Source: Diplonema japonicum (lineage: Eukaryota; Protista; Euglenozoa: Diplonemea). From it: 64,000 nucleotides of DNA. The translations under genes and the position numbers were made by a program. The notes under the pieces were generated by a model. That model made no database searches, was not told the DNA's origin, and worked only from the letters and a program-made list of their open reading frames with translations. Positions 38,256 to 49,339 of this stretch are shown piece by piece. Numbering within the stretch: the stretch's first letter is position 1; each line of letters starts with the position of its first letter. The stretch covers positions 551,302 to 615,301 of the forward strand of contig OZ025678.1 of assembly GCA_964019335.1 (NCBI GenBank), written 5' to 3'.

Positions 38256-41200
38256 ATGTCAGGCGGAAGGAAGTCTTTGGCCTTGCAGCCTGCTTCTCCC
38301 AGAGGCCGTTCTGGTGGTAGCAGTTCGCCTACGTCCCCTAGAGGCCGCCATGGGAGCGGTAGCCCACCTAAAAGAAAGCAACCGCAAAATGAAACAAGTA
38401 ATGTGAAGGTTGTCGTGCGGGTGCGTCCTTTCGTGCCCAGGGAACTCGATATTCATGAGCAACTCAAAACGCCTGAAGATCCTTATCTGCGCAGTATCAT
38501 CGAGATGCCCACGACGTCCCCTGGCACAGTGTCTGTTCTTGACTATACAAAGAATTGGGTAGAGAGGGAGAGGTTCAGTTTCGATAGCGCTATCTGGTCT
38601 ATTCCCAGTGATCAGCAAGAGTACGACGGCCATATCTCCGACCAGAACGATGTTTTCACGTGTGTGGGCCAACCGGTGTTGGAGAACACGATGAAGGGGT
38701 ACAACAACTGCATCTTTGCCTACGGACAAACAGGGTCAGGGAAGACGCATACCATGATGGGGGGTGACGACGGAGAGGACTTGGGTGTCATTCCCATGAT
38801 TTGTAAGGGACTCTTCAAGTACATCGATGAGAAACGCTCTTCAGAGGAATCAACGCAATTCGACCTCAGCTACAAAGTGGAGGTGCGCTTTTTGGAGATT
38901 TACAACGAGCACGTGAAGGACCTTTTGTGGCAGCAACGTACCCCTGAGGAAATCGACAGCTTCAGGGTAGAAAACCGTGGACAGGCACCGAATCCATCCA
39001 ACCTTCAGGTCAGGAACCACCCTATCACGGGACCATACGTGCAATTCCTCACAGCAGTGGAGTGCACGAACGTAGAGGACTGCATAGACCTCATCAATAT
39101 AGGCAACACAGAGCGTTCTGTGGCTTCGACAAAAATGAACGAAAGGTCCTCGCGTTCGCACGCTGTCTTTAAGATCACCTTCACGCAGACGACGAAGTCG
39201 CGCCCTAAGAATAAGTTCGACAAGCCCGCCGTAAACGAGAAGGTGTCGAGTATCAACTTGGTCGATCTGGCAGGGTCAGAGAGAATTAAGAAGAGCCAGT
39301 CCGCAGGCCAGCAGCTCGTTGAGGCTGCTTCCATAAATCTGTCGCTGACAACATTAAAGATGGTGATTGATGCACTGGTCGAGAACAGCAAGAATCCAAA
39401 GAAGAAGATGCCTGTTCCCTTCCGTGATGCAACCCTAACCTGGTTGCTCTCCGACAGTCTTGGTGGAAACTCGAAGACCATCATGTGTTGTAACGTCAGT
39501 CCGCATCCTGATAATTCAGAAGAGACTGTGAACACCCTGCGTTACGGGTCGAAGGCAAGGGAGATCATCAACGTCGTACACGTAAACGAGGACCTAGAAG
39601 CAAAGCGTATCCAGGAGCTCGAGCTGGAGATGTCTTTACTTCAGGAGAAGCTGAATGCTGATCCCGAGTCACAGGCTGTCGAGAACGAAGACCTCCGAAA
39701 CCAGATGGATGAGACCATGCACGAACTACGCATGTCTAGGCAGCAAGCTGCTATTCATGTTGCTGAGAAGGAAGAATTCCTCGACGCACGCGTGAAGCTG
39801 TCTTTCCAGTACGCCTTCCAGATGGTGCTGGCGGAGAAGAAGCGCACCTATTGGGGAGACTCATATGATGCTACTTGCAAGGAGCTTGATGCCAGCAGAA
39901 AGGAACTAGAACATCAGAAAGAACTGAACGAAGGCCAGCGCAAGTCAATGAACGACGCAAAGGACGATCTCACAGGCGAGATGGCCCGTTATCAACAAGA
40001 AATTGCTTCTTTGAAAAGCGAAGTTGCATCGCTGCGGCAGCAACTACAAGGGGAGAAGGAAAGCAGGCAGGCTGACATAGATGATCACCAAGTCATTGCT
40101 AGTAAGAAGAACGAAGCCTGGGAGGAAGAGAAGCAGATACTTGTGGGGCGACATGACACAGAGTTGCGCAGGTCTGAAGACCGTTACAAGTTTTACGTGG
40201 AGAGCGCCGAGAAGCTGCAAGGCAAGCTATCCAAGGAATTACAGGAGACCAATGACATGCAGTCGGAGCTGTCATCTACGAACCAGGCACTGGCATACCA
40301 AGTGGACAGCTTGCGCAGCACCAACGAAGCTTTAGAAAGCCGGGTTACGGAGCTGCGTGCTGAGTTGCGTGAAGAGATGGCGAAGGCAGGGGATGAGTGG
40401 CAAGCCAGATTCTATGATAGTGAAAAGGAACATCGTCGCTTGATAGAAGAGAACGACGAGAAGTGGCATGAGCAGTTCGATCAAAAGTCTGAAGAAACAG
40501 AAGAGATCTTTAAATCAATTCAAAATGAGCATAAGGAAGAGAAGGAAAGGCTTAAGTTTTCCATGGAGCTCGACTTTGCACAAGAACGCGAGAAATTGAA
40601 GGGGGAATGGGATGTCATCGAAGAAGAGTTGAAGACGCGCCTTAATGCAAAAACAAAACTCACTAACGAGATGCATCAGTTCTTGAAAGCAGTCGAAGTC
40701 AAAGAAGCAAAGTATTCTTCTTTAGCTGCACGCGTGTCTGCGGTGATGAGTGACGTTTCACTGGAGGGGTCTCCCGACTTCATGCAGCTTCTCGGGATGC
40801 TTCGCAAGTTCCAAACTGAGTACACCAGTTATTCCCCGAGCAAGGAGATGCTGCAAAAGCTCTTGAGGAGCAAATCCGGGATAGAGCTGGATCCTACACC
40901 TGTTACAGAAGAACCTATTTCCTTCGTGCCTCTTCGCGCCACTAGTGGAAAAAGGAGCAACAGCCGTCCTGCTAGCCCCACCAGAGCTGGATTCCGCCCC
41001 CCCAGTCCGTCGCGAGCTGGATCTCGACCTCCCAGCCCGTCGCGGGCTGGATCTCGGCCTACCAGTCCATCGCAGGCTGCCAGTCCTTCATGGGCTGCGT
41101 CGCACCCTCCGAGCCCATCGAAGCCCTTAATAAGCACCCCCACAAGGGCTGGTTCCCGCCCCCCCAGCCCACGAACTGCGTCTCGCCCCCGTAGCCCTTC

Positions 41201-41303
41201 TAGGAATGGCTCCCAGATGGGGAGCCCGCGCAGGTCGTCAAGCTTAGTGCGTGGTGCAGCGGCGAAACCCGTCATCGCTAGGTCTAGACGGGTCTGCGGG
41301 TAG
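38256..41303 (+). CDS. kinesin-3 (Unc104/KIF1-like) motor with coiled coil and SP-rich tail
   Basis: NVKVVVRVRPF, FAYGQTGSGKT, NERSSRSHAVF, LVDLAGSER, LTWLLSDSLGGNSKT. Confidence 0.93.
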   Translation: MSGGRKSLALQPASPRGRSGGSSSPTSPRGRHGSGSPPKRKQPQNETSNVKVVVRVRPFVPRELDIHEQLKTPEDPYLRSIIEMPTTSPGTVSVLDYTKNWVERERFSFDSAIWSIPSDQQEYDGHISDQNDVFTCVGQPVLENTMKGYNNCIFAYGQTGSGKTHTMMGGDDGEDLGVIPMICKGLFKYIDEKRSSEESTQFDLSYKVEVRFLEIYNEHVKDLLWQQRTPEEIDSFRVENRGQAPNPSNLQVRNHPITGPYVQFLTAVECTNVEDCIDLINIGNTERSVASTKMNERSSRSHAVFKITFTQTTKSRPKNKFDKPAVNEKVSSINLVDLAGSERIKKSQSAGQQLVEAASINLSLTTLKMVIDALVENSKNPKKKMPVPFRDATLTWLLSDSLGGNSKTIMCCNVSPHPDNSEETVNTLRYGSKAREIINVVHVNEDLEAKRIQELELEMSLLQEKLNADPESQAVENEDLRNQMDETMHELRMSRQQAAIHVAEKEEFLDARVKLSFQYAFQMVLAEKKRTYWGDSYDATCKELDASRKELEHQKELNEGQRKSMNDAKDDLTGEMARYQQEIASLKSEVASLRQQLQGEKESRQADIDDHQVIASKKNEAWEEEKQILVGRHDTELRRSEDRYKFYVESAEKLQGKLSKELQETNDMQSELSSTNQALAYQVDSLRSTNEALESRVTELRAELREEMAKAGDEWQARFYDSEKEHRRLIEENDEKWHEQFDQKSEETEEIFKSIQNEHKEEKERLKFSMELDFAQEREKLKGEWDVIEEELKTRLNAKTKLTNEMHQFLKAVEVKEAKYSSLAARVSAVMSDVSLEGSPDFMQLLGMLRKFQTEYTSYSPSKEMLQKLLRSKSGIELDPTPVTEEPISFVPLRATSGKRSNSRPASPTRAGFRPPSPSRAGSRPPSPSRAGSRPTSPSQAASPSWAASHPPSPSKPLISTPTRAGSRPPSPRTASRPRSPSRNGSQMGSPRRSSSLVRGAAAKPVIARSRRVCG

Positions 41304-41381
41304 GCATGATATCGCGTCATTGTTTGTATCTCTTTTTCCGTCAGTTTTATTCACCATACCCCCGCTACTTATGCACCACAG

Positions 41382-41657
41382 ATGGGACGGCTGGTGGGGG
41401 TCGTGGAAAAATGGCTTCCTAAACTTGGGTACGGATTCATCCTATCCCCCCAGGGAGAGCATGTGCATGTGCACCACAGGAACATAGTGATGCCGAATTA
41501 CAGGAGTCTTGCTATTGGGCAGCGTGTGGAATACACCCCTGCTCTGAAGGACGGTCTGGCCTATGCTGCGAGCGTCACAGCAGTTGGAGGTGGTCAAGCA
41601 AAGCGGGAAAACGAAGGACCTGACACTGACCTCACGGGCAAGATAGTATTAGATTGA
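41382..41657 (+). CDS. cold-shock domain protein
   Basis: GVVEKW..KLGYGFI, VHVHH, YRSLAIGQRVEY, AASVTAVGG. Confidence 0.85.
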   Translation: MGRLVGVVEKWLPKLGYGFILSPQGEHVHVHHRNIVMPNYRSLAIGQRVEYTPALKDGLAYAASVTAVGGGQAKRENEGPDTDLTGKIVLD

Positions 41658-41765
41658 CAGTTTGTATTTTTTTCCTTTCTTTTGGGATAGGTGACGGCAG
41701 AGGATGAGGCATCTCACAAAAGACTTCCTTTAACTCATATTCGAAGGTTATACAAAAAAATAATA

Positions 41766-43766
41766 ATGTGGGCACTACCTACCGGAGGGAAGGGGCAGAT
41801 ACCGCAGAACATGATGGACATGTTGAACGGGTACAAACAGCAGCCAAGGCCGCCGCCAAGCGGGGGGCAGCGGCACTCGCATCCTAGCTCGGCCTCGGAT
41901 AGGCACCGTGACGATGAGCACACGACGCAGCAGAGAACTACGACCCATAGGAGGCCTGAGCCAAAACACGCCTTTACGTCCCGCACATCTAACGGTAAGG
42001 CCACACCACGTTCTAGCCACAATTCATATGGCCATTCGCACTCGCACCCTCATCTTCAGCAAGGAGGGCAGATTACACCAGCCAACGCCTTGAAGCTGTA
42101 CGCTGATTGCCTCACTGATTATGAGCAGTCAGAAATCTTTGACTACCCTCACATTTTTTTCTTGGGGTGCGGTGCACAGAAGATAAAAGGCAGCATCGCC
42201 AACACAAGGAACAACCACGGCTTCGATGACGACAGAGGCGACTACAACTACGTGACGCACGACCATATTGGCTTCAGGTTTGAGATTCTGTGCCTGTTGG
42301 GGAAAGGCTCCTTTGGCCAGGTGTTGAAAGTGTTCGATTACAAGGAAAACAAACCGATGGCCCTCAAGATCATTAGGAACAAAAAACGTTTCCACCACCA
42401 GGCGCTCGTGGAGGTGAAGCTGCTGGACCATCTTAAGGAGCACGACAATGAAGACCAGTATAACATCATCAGGATGGACGAGTACTTTTACTTCCGAAAT
42501 CACTTGTGTATCACATTCGAGCTGCTGTCTATTAATCTTTACGAGTTCATCAAAAACAACAACTTCCAGGGCGTCTCACTGGGGCTCATTCGAAGGTTTG
42601 CTATCCAGCTACTTACGTCCTTGAAATACCTCCACCGCGAGAGGATCATACACTGTGATTTAAAGCCGGAGAACATACTGCTGAAGAGCCCTACGAAATC
42701 AGGGATAAAGGTGATCGACTTCGGTTCCTCGTGTTTCGAGGACGAGAGGATCTACACATACATCCAATCACGGTTCTACAGGTCCCCCGAGGTGATCTTG
42801 GGCATATCATATGGGAGGCCTATTGACTGTTGGTCCTTCGGGTGCATCTTAGCGGAGCTGTACACAGGGCTCCCCCTCTTTCCTGGCGAGAATGAAACGG
42901 AGCAGCTTGCCTGCATCATGGAAATCCTGGATGTCCCCCCAAAGCACATCATCGAACTGTCAACGAGGAGGAAACAGTTCTTTGATTCATCTGACTTTCC
43001 ACGTATCCAGCCCAACAGCAGGGGCAAGAAGCGCAGACCCGGCACCAAAGACCTTGCTAGTGCTTTGCATTGCAACGATGCACAGTTCGTGTCCTTTCTC
43101 GAGGGGTTCTTGAGATGGGACCCGAGAGAGCGATTCACTCCAGATGACGGCCTGAGGCATGAATGGATATTAGACGCAATGATACCACCGACATTCAGGC
43201 CTTATGGGCAGCAGCACAGAGGACACTCCGCGGACCCGGGTACAACGAGGAGAGTGAAGAAGAAGGAGCAACACCAGTCCCATCAGCAGTCCCACCAATC
43301 CCATCAATCTCACCCGTCTCATACTGAGCAGACTCATCAGCAGACTCATCAGCAACACCAGACTCATCAAGGCCAGTCACATCAGCACCAGCACCAGCAA
43401 CAGCAGCACCAGAACCAAAGCCAAAGCCAGAGCCAAAGCCAAAGCCAAGGCCAAAGCCAAAACCAATCTTACCAGCAAAAAAACGAAGAGGCAAAGAAGA
43501 ACACGACACAACAACCTTGCCAGCAGCCGTCGTCAGGGAGCAACCAGCATGATCCACAGCAACGTGAGACTCAAGGTTCAGAAGGCTCGCAGCCTCAAAA
43601 CCAGCAATCGCAGCAACAACAGCAGCAGCCACACAGCAATGTCTCTGCTCAGCTGACAAAGAGCAACCTAAACACCCTCGGGATGGGCCTGAACAAGATT
43701 AATACCCTGCTGCCTCCCATCGACGGTGTTCCGTCGGCTTTAGGTTTGCTTCCCTTTAAGAATTAA
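41766..43766 (+). CDS. class 2 DYRK dual-specificity kinase with Q/H-rich tail
   Basis: DH box NHGFDDDRGDY, GKGSFGQV, HCDLKPEN, DFGSSC, YTYIQSRFYRSPE. Confidence 0.95.
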   Translation: MWALPTGGKGQIPQNMMDMLNGYKQQPRPPPSGGQRHSHPSSASDRHRDDEHTTQQRTTTHRRPEPKHAFTSRTSNGKATPRSSHNSYGHSHSHPHLQQGGQITPANALKLYADCLTDYEQSEIFDYPHIFFLGCGAQKIKGSIANTRNNHGFDDDRGDYNYVTHDHIGFRFEILCLLGKGSFGQVLKVFDYKENKPMALKIIRNKKRFHHQALVEVKLLDHLKEHDNEDQYNIIRMDEYFYFRNHLCITFELLSINLYEFIKNNNFQGVSLGLIRRFAIQLLTSLKYLHRERIIHCDLKPENILLKSPTKSGIKVIDFGSSCFEDERIYTYIQSRFYRSPEVILGISYGRPIDCWSFGCILAELYTGLPLFPGENETEQLACIMEILDVPPKHIIELSTRRKQFFDSSDFPRIQPNSRGKKRRPGTKDLASALHCNDAQFVSFLEGFLRWDPRERFTPDDGLRHEWILDAMIPPTFRPYGQQHRGHSADPGTTRRVKKKEQHQSHQQSHQSHQSHPSHTEQTHQQTHQQHQTHQGQSHQHQHQQQQHQNQSQSQSQSQSQGQSQNQSYQQKNEEAKKNTTQQPCQQPSSGSNQHDPQQRETQGSEGSQPQNQQSQQQQQQPHSNVSAQLTKSNLNTLGMGLNKINTLLPPIDGVPSALGLLPFKN

Positions 43767-44052
43767 TTTAACAATCACAGCTCACTCGCATGCCCACGGC
43801 AAGGCAAAGGCACGCAACACCAGTTCAGGAGAGGCTAAGAAGCTGACTGAAGAAGCCATGCAGAATTTCATGAACAAATATAATGCGGGATAACCTTTCC
43901 AGGTTCCCAAAGCCCTTAAGTCTGAACCCTACTAACCGTGTCTCCGGTGATCCTGCGTGTAAAATAAAGTTGTTAAAAGTAGCCCTAACTAACCAGCTTT
44001 CTTTGTCTCGTAGCTACATACAGGTTATTATGAACTGATCCCCACGCAGTAA

Positions 44053-46783
44053 ATGGACTATCGTGAAGAATACCGAAAGCTGTGTGTTGACCACAATGTT
44101 AAGGTCAACTCACTCGTGAGCTCGTTGCCTGCTGGTGGTGACAAACTTGAAGTTCTTGATTTGACTAATACGCTTGTTGGTGCAAACGGCGTCAAGCCCG
44201 TCATCGGCCTTGTGCAAAAGTGCACTGACCTCCACACGTTGAACTTGCACGGCCAGCGCCTGACTTCGGAAGCCGCTCAAGAGGTTGTCAATGCGCTCCA
44301 AGCGCATCCTAGCCTCACGGCCTTGGATCTCTCAGACAACCACTGTCCACTAGCCGGCCCTTCGATATTGGAGCTGGTGAAGAAAAACACAAAATTAATC
44401 ACACTGAACATCACCGACTGTGCAGTGCGTCCCATGTTTCAGAAGTTAATCGACCTGCAGCTAGCTAAGAACGACGGGAAAGAATACAATGCTGGGGAGG
44501 CGAAAACAGCCAAAGAAGCTGACACAGTACAACAAGCCGCTGTCAGCACTGGAGCAACGGCCCACGTGGTGACACCCCCGACAAACGACCCCTTTGCTGC
44601 TGATGACGATGACGACGACAACGATGGGTTTGGCTCTTTTGATAAGCAGGACACTGGCCAGAAGAAGCCCGACCTGCTGCGTCCTGGGTCCTCAACAAGA
44701 AGAGGTATCATCTTTTTAAAAGCAACTTTAAAAGCACAAATTCACAGACAAACGCAGGCCTACTGTGTGCAGTGAGGTGTGGCAAGACAAGGAAATCGAC
44801 GAGTTCCAAGCACCCATCGTGTCGAAACCAGAAGAGGCGTCCAAGTGGCTGTGTGAGAGGTTGGAGCACGTGCATCTGTTCAGTCACCTTGATGACCGCG
44901 AGCTCAAGATGGCTGTGGGCGCTATGGAGGAGACGAAGTTCAAGGTCGGCGACAACATCAGGACACAAGGTGAGGAGGGAGGGGATAGGTACTACGTCAT
45001 CTACAGTGGGGAGTGTGACAGCATCGTGGATGAAACAGTGCAAGCCATGAAAAAGGGCGATCACTTCGGCGAAGTGCAGCTTTTATATCACCAAGACGAG
45101 ACAGCGACCATCAGGGTGACATCGAGTGAGCTTGTTGCCTACAGCATCGAGCGTGAGATATACCGCAGAATCCTGGCAAAGGTATGCAGCAAATGCGCCC
45201 CAAAAAGCCACTCAGGCAAGTAAGATGAAACGCAAGACGTACGGTGGGTTCCTTCAAAATGTCAAGTTCCTTGAAGGCATGACGCGCACTGAGCTCCTCC
45301 AACTGGCTGACGCGCTTAAGGCTGTAAGGTATGGAACAAGCGAATAGCGGTATCACAACAAATAGGGTCAAGAACGGCGAACAGATCATTAGCTATGGCG
45401 AAGAAGGACAGTGGTTCCACTTAATCATCGAAGGGACTGTAGAGGTGATCGGTAGGGACGCTAACGGGAAAAACATCAAAGTGTGCGAGTTTACGGAAGG
45501 GGACTGTGTTGGTGAGCTAGAGTTCATTAATAACCACAAATGCGTGGCCGATGTGCTTGCCGTGGGGGAGGTAAGGACAGCAAAAATGAACAGAAAGCAC
45601 TTTGAGATGTCGATGGGGCCTGTTGTTGATGTGCTGAAGAGGACTGCTGAATCGAGCAATGTTTATGAGTACTACCGTCTGACGCAGGAAGAAATGAGCA
45701 AACCGACAGAGGTGCCCACGGAAGAAACCCCAGAGGAAGAAGAAGGCGAGAGCGAGTTCGGTGGCTTCGGTGCGAACCCCTTCAACAACGACGACGCACC
45801 AAAGCCAACGAGGGGCAGGCGCCAGACTGTATCTGCGGAGGTTATCACAGAGGAGGACGTCGAGTCATTCCAGCCAAACGTTGTCCCGAAGTCCAACGAA
45901 AGCAAAGAGTTCATCGCAACGGCACTGGAGAGGATACCGTTGTTTTGCCATTTGGAAGCTTTCGAGCTCCAGCAGCTTGCGATGGCTATGGAAGAGATGA
46001 AGTTCGAGAAGGACGAGGTCATCATCGAGAACGGGCATGAGGGGGATATGTTCTACCTAGTAGCAAACGGGGAGGTGCAAGGCATCACGACTGACGAGGA
46101 AGCTGTGGAATACAAGTCGGGCCAGCACTTCGGTGAAGTAGTGTTGATGTATTCGCAGCCACACCAGATGACGTACAAGAGCGCCTCGCATGATGTAGTG
46201 ACGTACACCCTGGACAGGAACACATATAAGCACATTATGCAGAAGGCGTCAATGAAGAAGCGTGCTATGTACGGCGATTTTTTGAAGAAGGTCGGCTTCC
46301 TTAAAACGTGCAGCGATGCCGAGCTGCTGCAGCTGGCAGATGCCTTGAAACCTTCAGCATATAGGGATGGCGAGCACCTCATCTCCTTTGAAGATGCTGG
46401 GACATGGTTTTACATCATCGTGGAGGGCAAGGTCGAGGTATGTTACAGATCTGCAAGCAATTACATCTGACAGGTGTGGGGCAGGGACAGTGAGATGAAG
46501 GAGAAATTGGTGTGCGAGTTCGTGGAAGGAGATTGCGTCGGTGAGTTGGAGTTCATCAACAACCACAAATGTGTTGCAGACGTAAAGGCCAAGGATGACG
46601 TCAGGACAGCGAAGATGCACAGACATCATTTTGAGATGTGCATGGGGCCTATTGTAGATATTTTGAAGAGGCAAGCCGACACGGGTGAGGTGTACGAATA
46701 CTATAGACAGGTATGCCACCTACAAGACATATACCTTTCAGACACTTGCGGGAAACAACGCGCCTGTTACAGCAACAGACTAA
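44053..46783 (+). CDS. euglenozoan-type PKA regulatory subunit, internally duplicated: LRR + [inhibitor site + CNB-A + CNB-B] x2
   Basis: Five tiny introns (44705-44747, 45182-45215, 45329-45365, 46438-46473, 46711-46741) join the track ORFs in frame. RRPTV and RRQTV sites; VGELEFINNHKCVADV occurs twice. Confidence 0.88.
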
Positions 46784-48790
46784 AGGGCCATTGGGGTTAG
46801 ATATTCTTCTGCCTCCTGTTAATACCGTCTTTGAATATGTAGAATAGCTTTTTCTTTGTGGTGTCATCTTACACGGCCCTGATATTTCTTTTTCTTTTTC
46901 TTTTCTTCTTCTTCTTCTTCTCAACTGCAGAGCTAATGATGCGCTGCGTGTGAGAAGAGCCCTGCGGGAACGAGTGTTCCATGACAATCGAGTTCCTCGT
47001 AGGGTAACTTAAATTCTTTTGTTTAAGACACCTTTGTTTTTATCCTTTTTTTTTTTCTTTTTTTTTTTAGAGGACCTGTCGAACTAGATGCTTGCACACG
47101 GAGCAACGGGTAAGGTATTGAGAACGCTATTGAAGAGTGTGTTACCCTACGTCGATTACCACGATGGATCGATTTTGAGATGACCGTTGGGACAACATGG
47201 GCTGTTAGAGAGAAAAACTAATAGAATGCAGACATGTGCGGCAAGGGCAACAATCTTAGCGTAGCATCTCATCCATGACTGAAAAGCAAACACTGACAGG
47301 CACGTGTAGGATCCCCAGTCCACGGTAGGCACCAACCAGCGCACCGCAAAAATAGATGAATTTTTTTATCTCCAGATCCTATGCTTAGAGTATCGTGCCG
47401 TGACATTTTTTGATACAACGGCACCGTGGGGTTCTCCCCACTACACATCACTGATACTTTTTCTTGACACACCTAACCGTCTCGGCATATGTGTGGTGCT
47501 CAGGCAGACCATGTAATATTACCCCATGAGCTTTTCCGCATTTGTACATTTCTTTCTGCCGCACTTTTTTTCTGGAAAGAAGATCTTAATCCACCATTGG
47601 TGTTTTTTTTTTTTTTTTTCATATTTTATTTTACCCAAAAAAATAAAAGAGCAATTTTATTTTTGGGAATAAACCAAACCATTTTTTTTTTAAAAAAGAA
47701 TATTTTTTCCCACGATTTTTTTTCTCCCTTCTTTTTCCTTTACTACACCACTACTCTCCCTCTTTTTTTTTTCTTCATTATTGCAGCACCACCCTTATAA
47801 TTATTTCTTATCTCTGTTCTATTCTTTTGATGTGCCAGCAAACAACCCATCTATTACAGCTTCTTTAAAACAGTAAATGCTTCATTCTGCATGCGGTGCG
47901 TGTCAGCAAGAGACGCGAAGTCCGTGTGTGCGCCGAACTCTAGCCTAGTTCTTTGGCAACACTGCACGTGTGAATGTGAATGTGAAATTTCTAAAAGGCG
48001 TCAGCTGCTGAAGAAAGCACTGGACGCCGCGATGTTACTTGAACGATGTAACTAACTCCTCACCACATGTATGTGCAGGATGTTATTGAATTGATCAAGG
48101 TTACAAAGAAGCAGTCAAGGCGCGCTTAGCCATTTCAGGTTCAGCGAGAACGGAACACTAAAAGGTTCGGGGAAGACACCGGTTACACTCCAGTCTTGAT
48201 TGTGTGTACCGGGAGAAAGAAGTCGAACTGCTAAGATATCAGCACCAGGGTACTGAATTGCCTTTGACTTCTCATTGATAGAGCGCAATAAGCTATGCCT
48301 CCTTTAAGCAACATGACCTATGCCCGATGTACGTGGGTTCGGGTTCCATTGCTTTGGCTATTTCCTTTAGTCTGGTTACCGTCGTACCCCCTTTCGTTGC
48401 GCCATGATTTATAAAAGGGGTTTTGTCGTGTCTTCGAGAGGCATCTCACGATTCTTGTTCATAACGAACTCATCTTTCGCCTTTTACTAAAGATGACCGT
48501 GGACATGGATCACTAAGTGATAATTTTTATAAAGGTCCAGCACCTTTCTTTTTGAATCGCCAGAAGAAATGCGTCTACTGGGACTGCTCATAAAACGTGC
48601 ACGTGACTCACACCGGCGCTCCTACTGCCATCAACCACTGAGATGGTATGTTAAAAGAATAGAATGCTACGTGAGAGCGGTTGAGCACAAAAAATGATAA
48701 GTAATCTTCGATTACTGAAGGAATGTGCTCTGGGACGTGCGAAGAGGCGGGCGGATGACGCAAACCCATGGGAAAATAGCCAGAAAGAAG

Positions 48791-48831
<41 letters not shown>

Positions 48832-49157
48832 GACTCGATTTATCTCTTGATGTTGTCAAAGGACGATATTTTAGTAGACCTTTTTTTTGGAGGGGGGCAC
48901 ATGAAGAGGTATGAGGCGTAAGTAAAAAAAAAGAGGGGGGTGCTCAAAGGCTTTTTTCCCCTTTTACTTCGTGTTATTTTGTACAAAATAATATAAAAAA
49001 AAATGAACAAAGTAGTGAAAGGACCCCTCCTGTTGGTTGTGTAGGAAAAAAAAGGACAAAAAAAAAGAGACAACGAAACAAGGTACCGATAAAAAGTGGG
49101 GGAGGGGAATATGAGCTCATTGGAGGGAAGAAAACAAGTATGTGGAATAGTAAGAAT

Positions 49158-49197
49158 AACCAAACGATTCTAAAGCTACAGTTTCTGTACTTTATTG
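49158..49197 (+). other. genomic copy of the spliced-leader (mini-exon) sequence, diplonemid type
   Basis: AACCAAACGATTCTAAAGCTACAGTTTCTGTACTTTATTG. The 3' part, CAGTTTCTGTACTTTATTG, is the conserved euglenozoan SL end. Confidence 0.92.
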
Positions 49198-49339
49198 GTC
49201 GTCTGTGTTCTTGTTGGTGCCTGCTGCGTCCGCTCGGTGTCCGTTCGTCGTCGTCTGGGGGGGTTGTTTCGGCCCGGCCCGTCTGCCGTTTAGCAAAGGA
49301 TCCCCTCCCCCCTCAACACAAAAAAATAAAAAAATAAAA

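Noticed and set aside
360-46382. Long minus-strand ORFs (e.g. 14577-16001, 6761-7873, 2563-3474)
   Set aside because: Antisense shadows of + strand genes with no recognisable motifs.
44700-46800. Programmed frameshifting, stop-codon reassignment or pseudogenisation to explain broken ORFs
   Set aside because: Breaks coincide with GT..AG mini-introns that restore frame, and TAA, TAG and TGA all serve as normal stops.
49158-49300. Functional SL RNA gene
   Set aside because: Single copy, followed by GTCGTC rather than GTATG, with no visible Sm site or T-tract; it leads into an ORF and poly(A).
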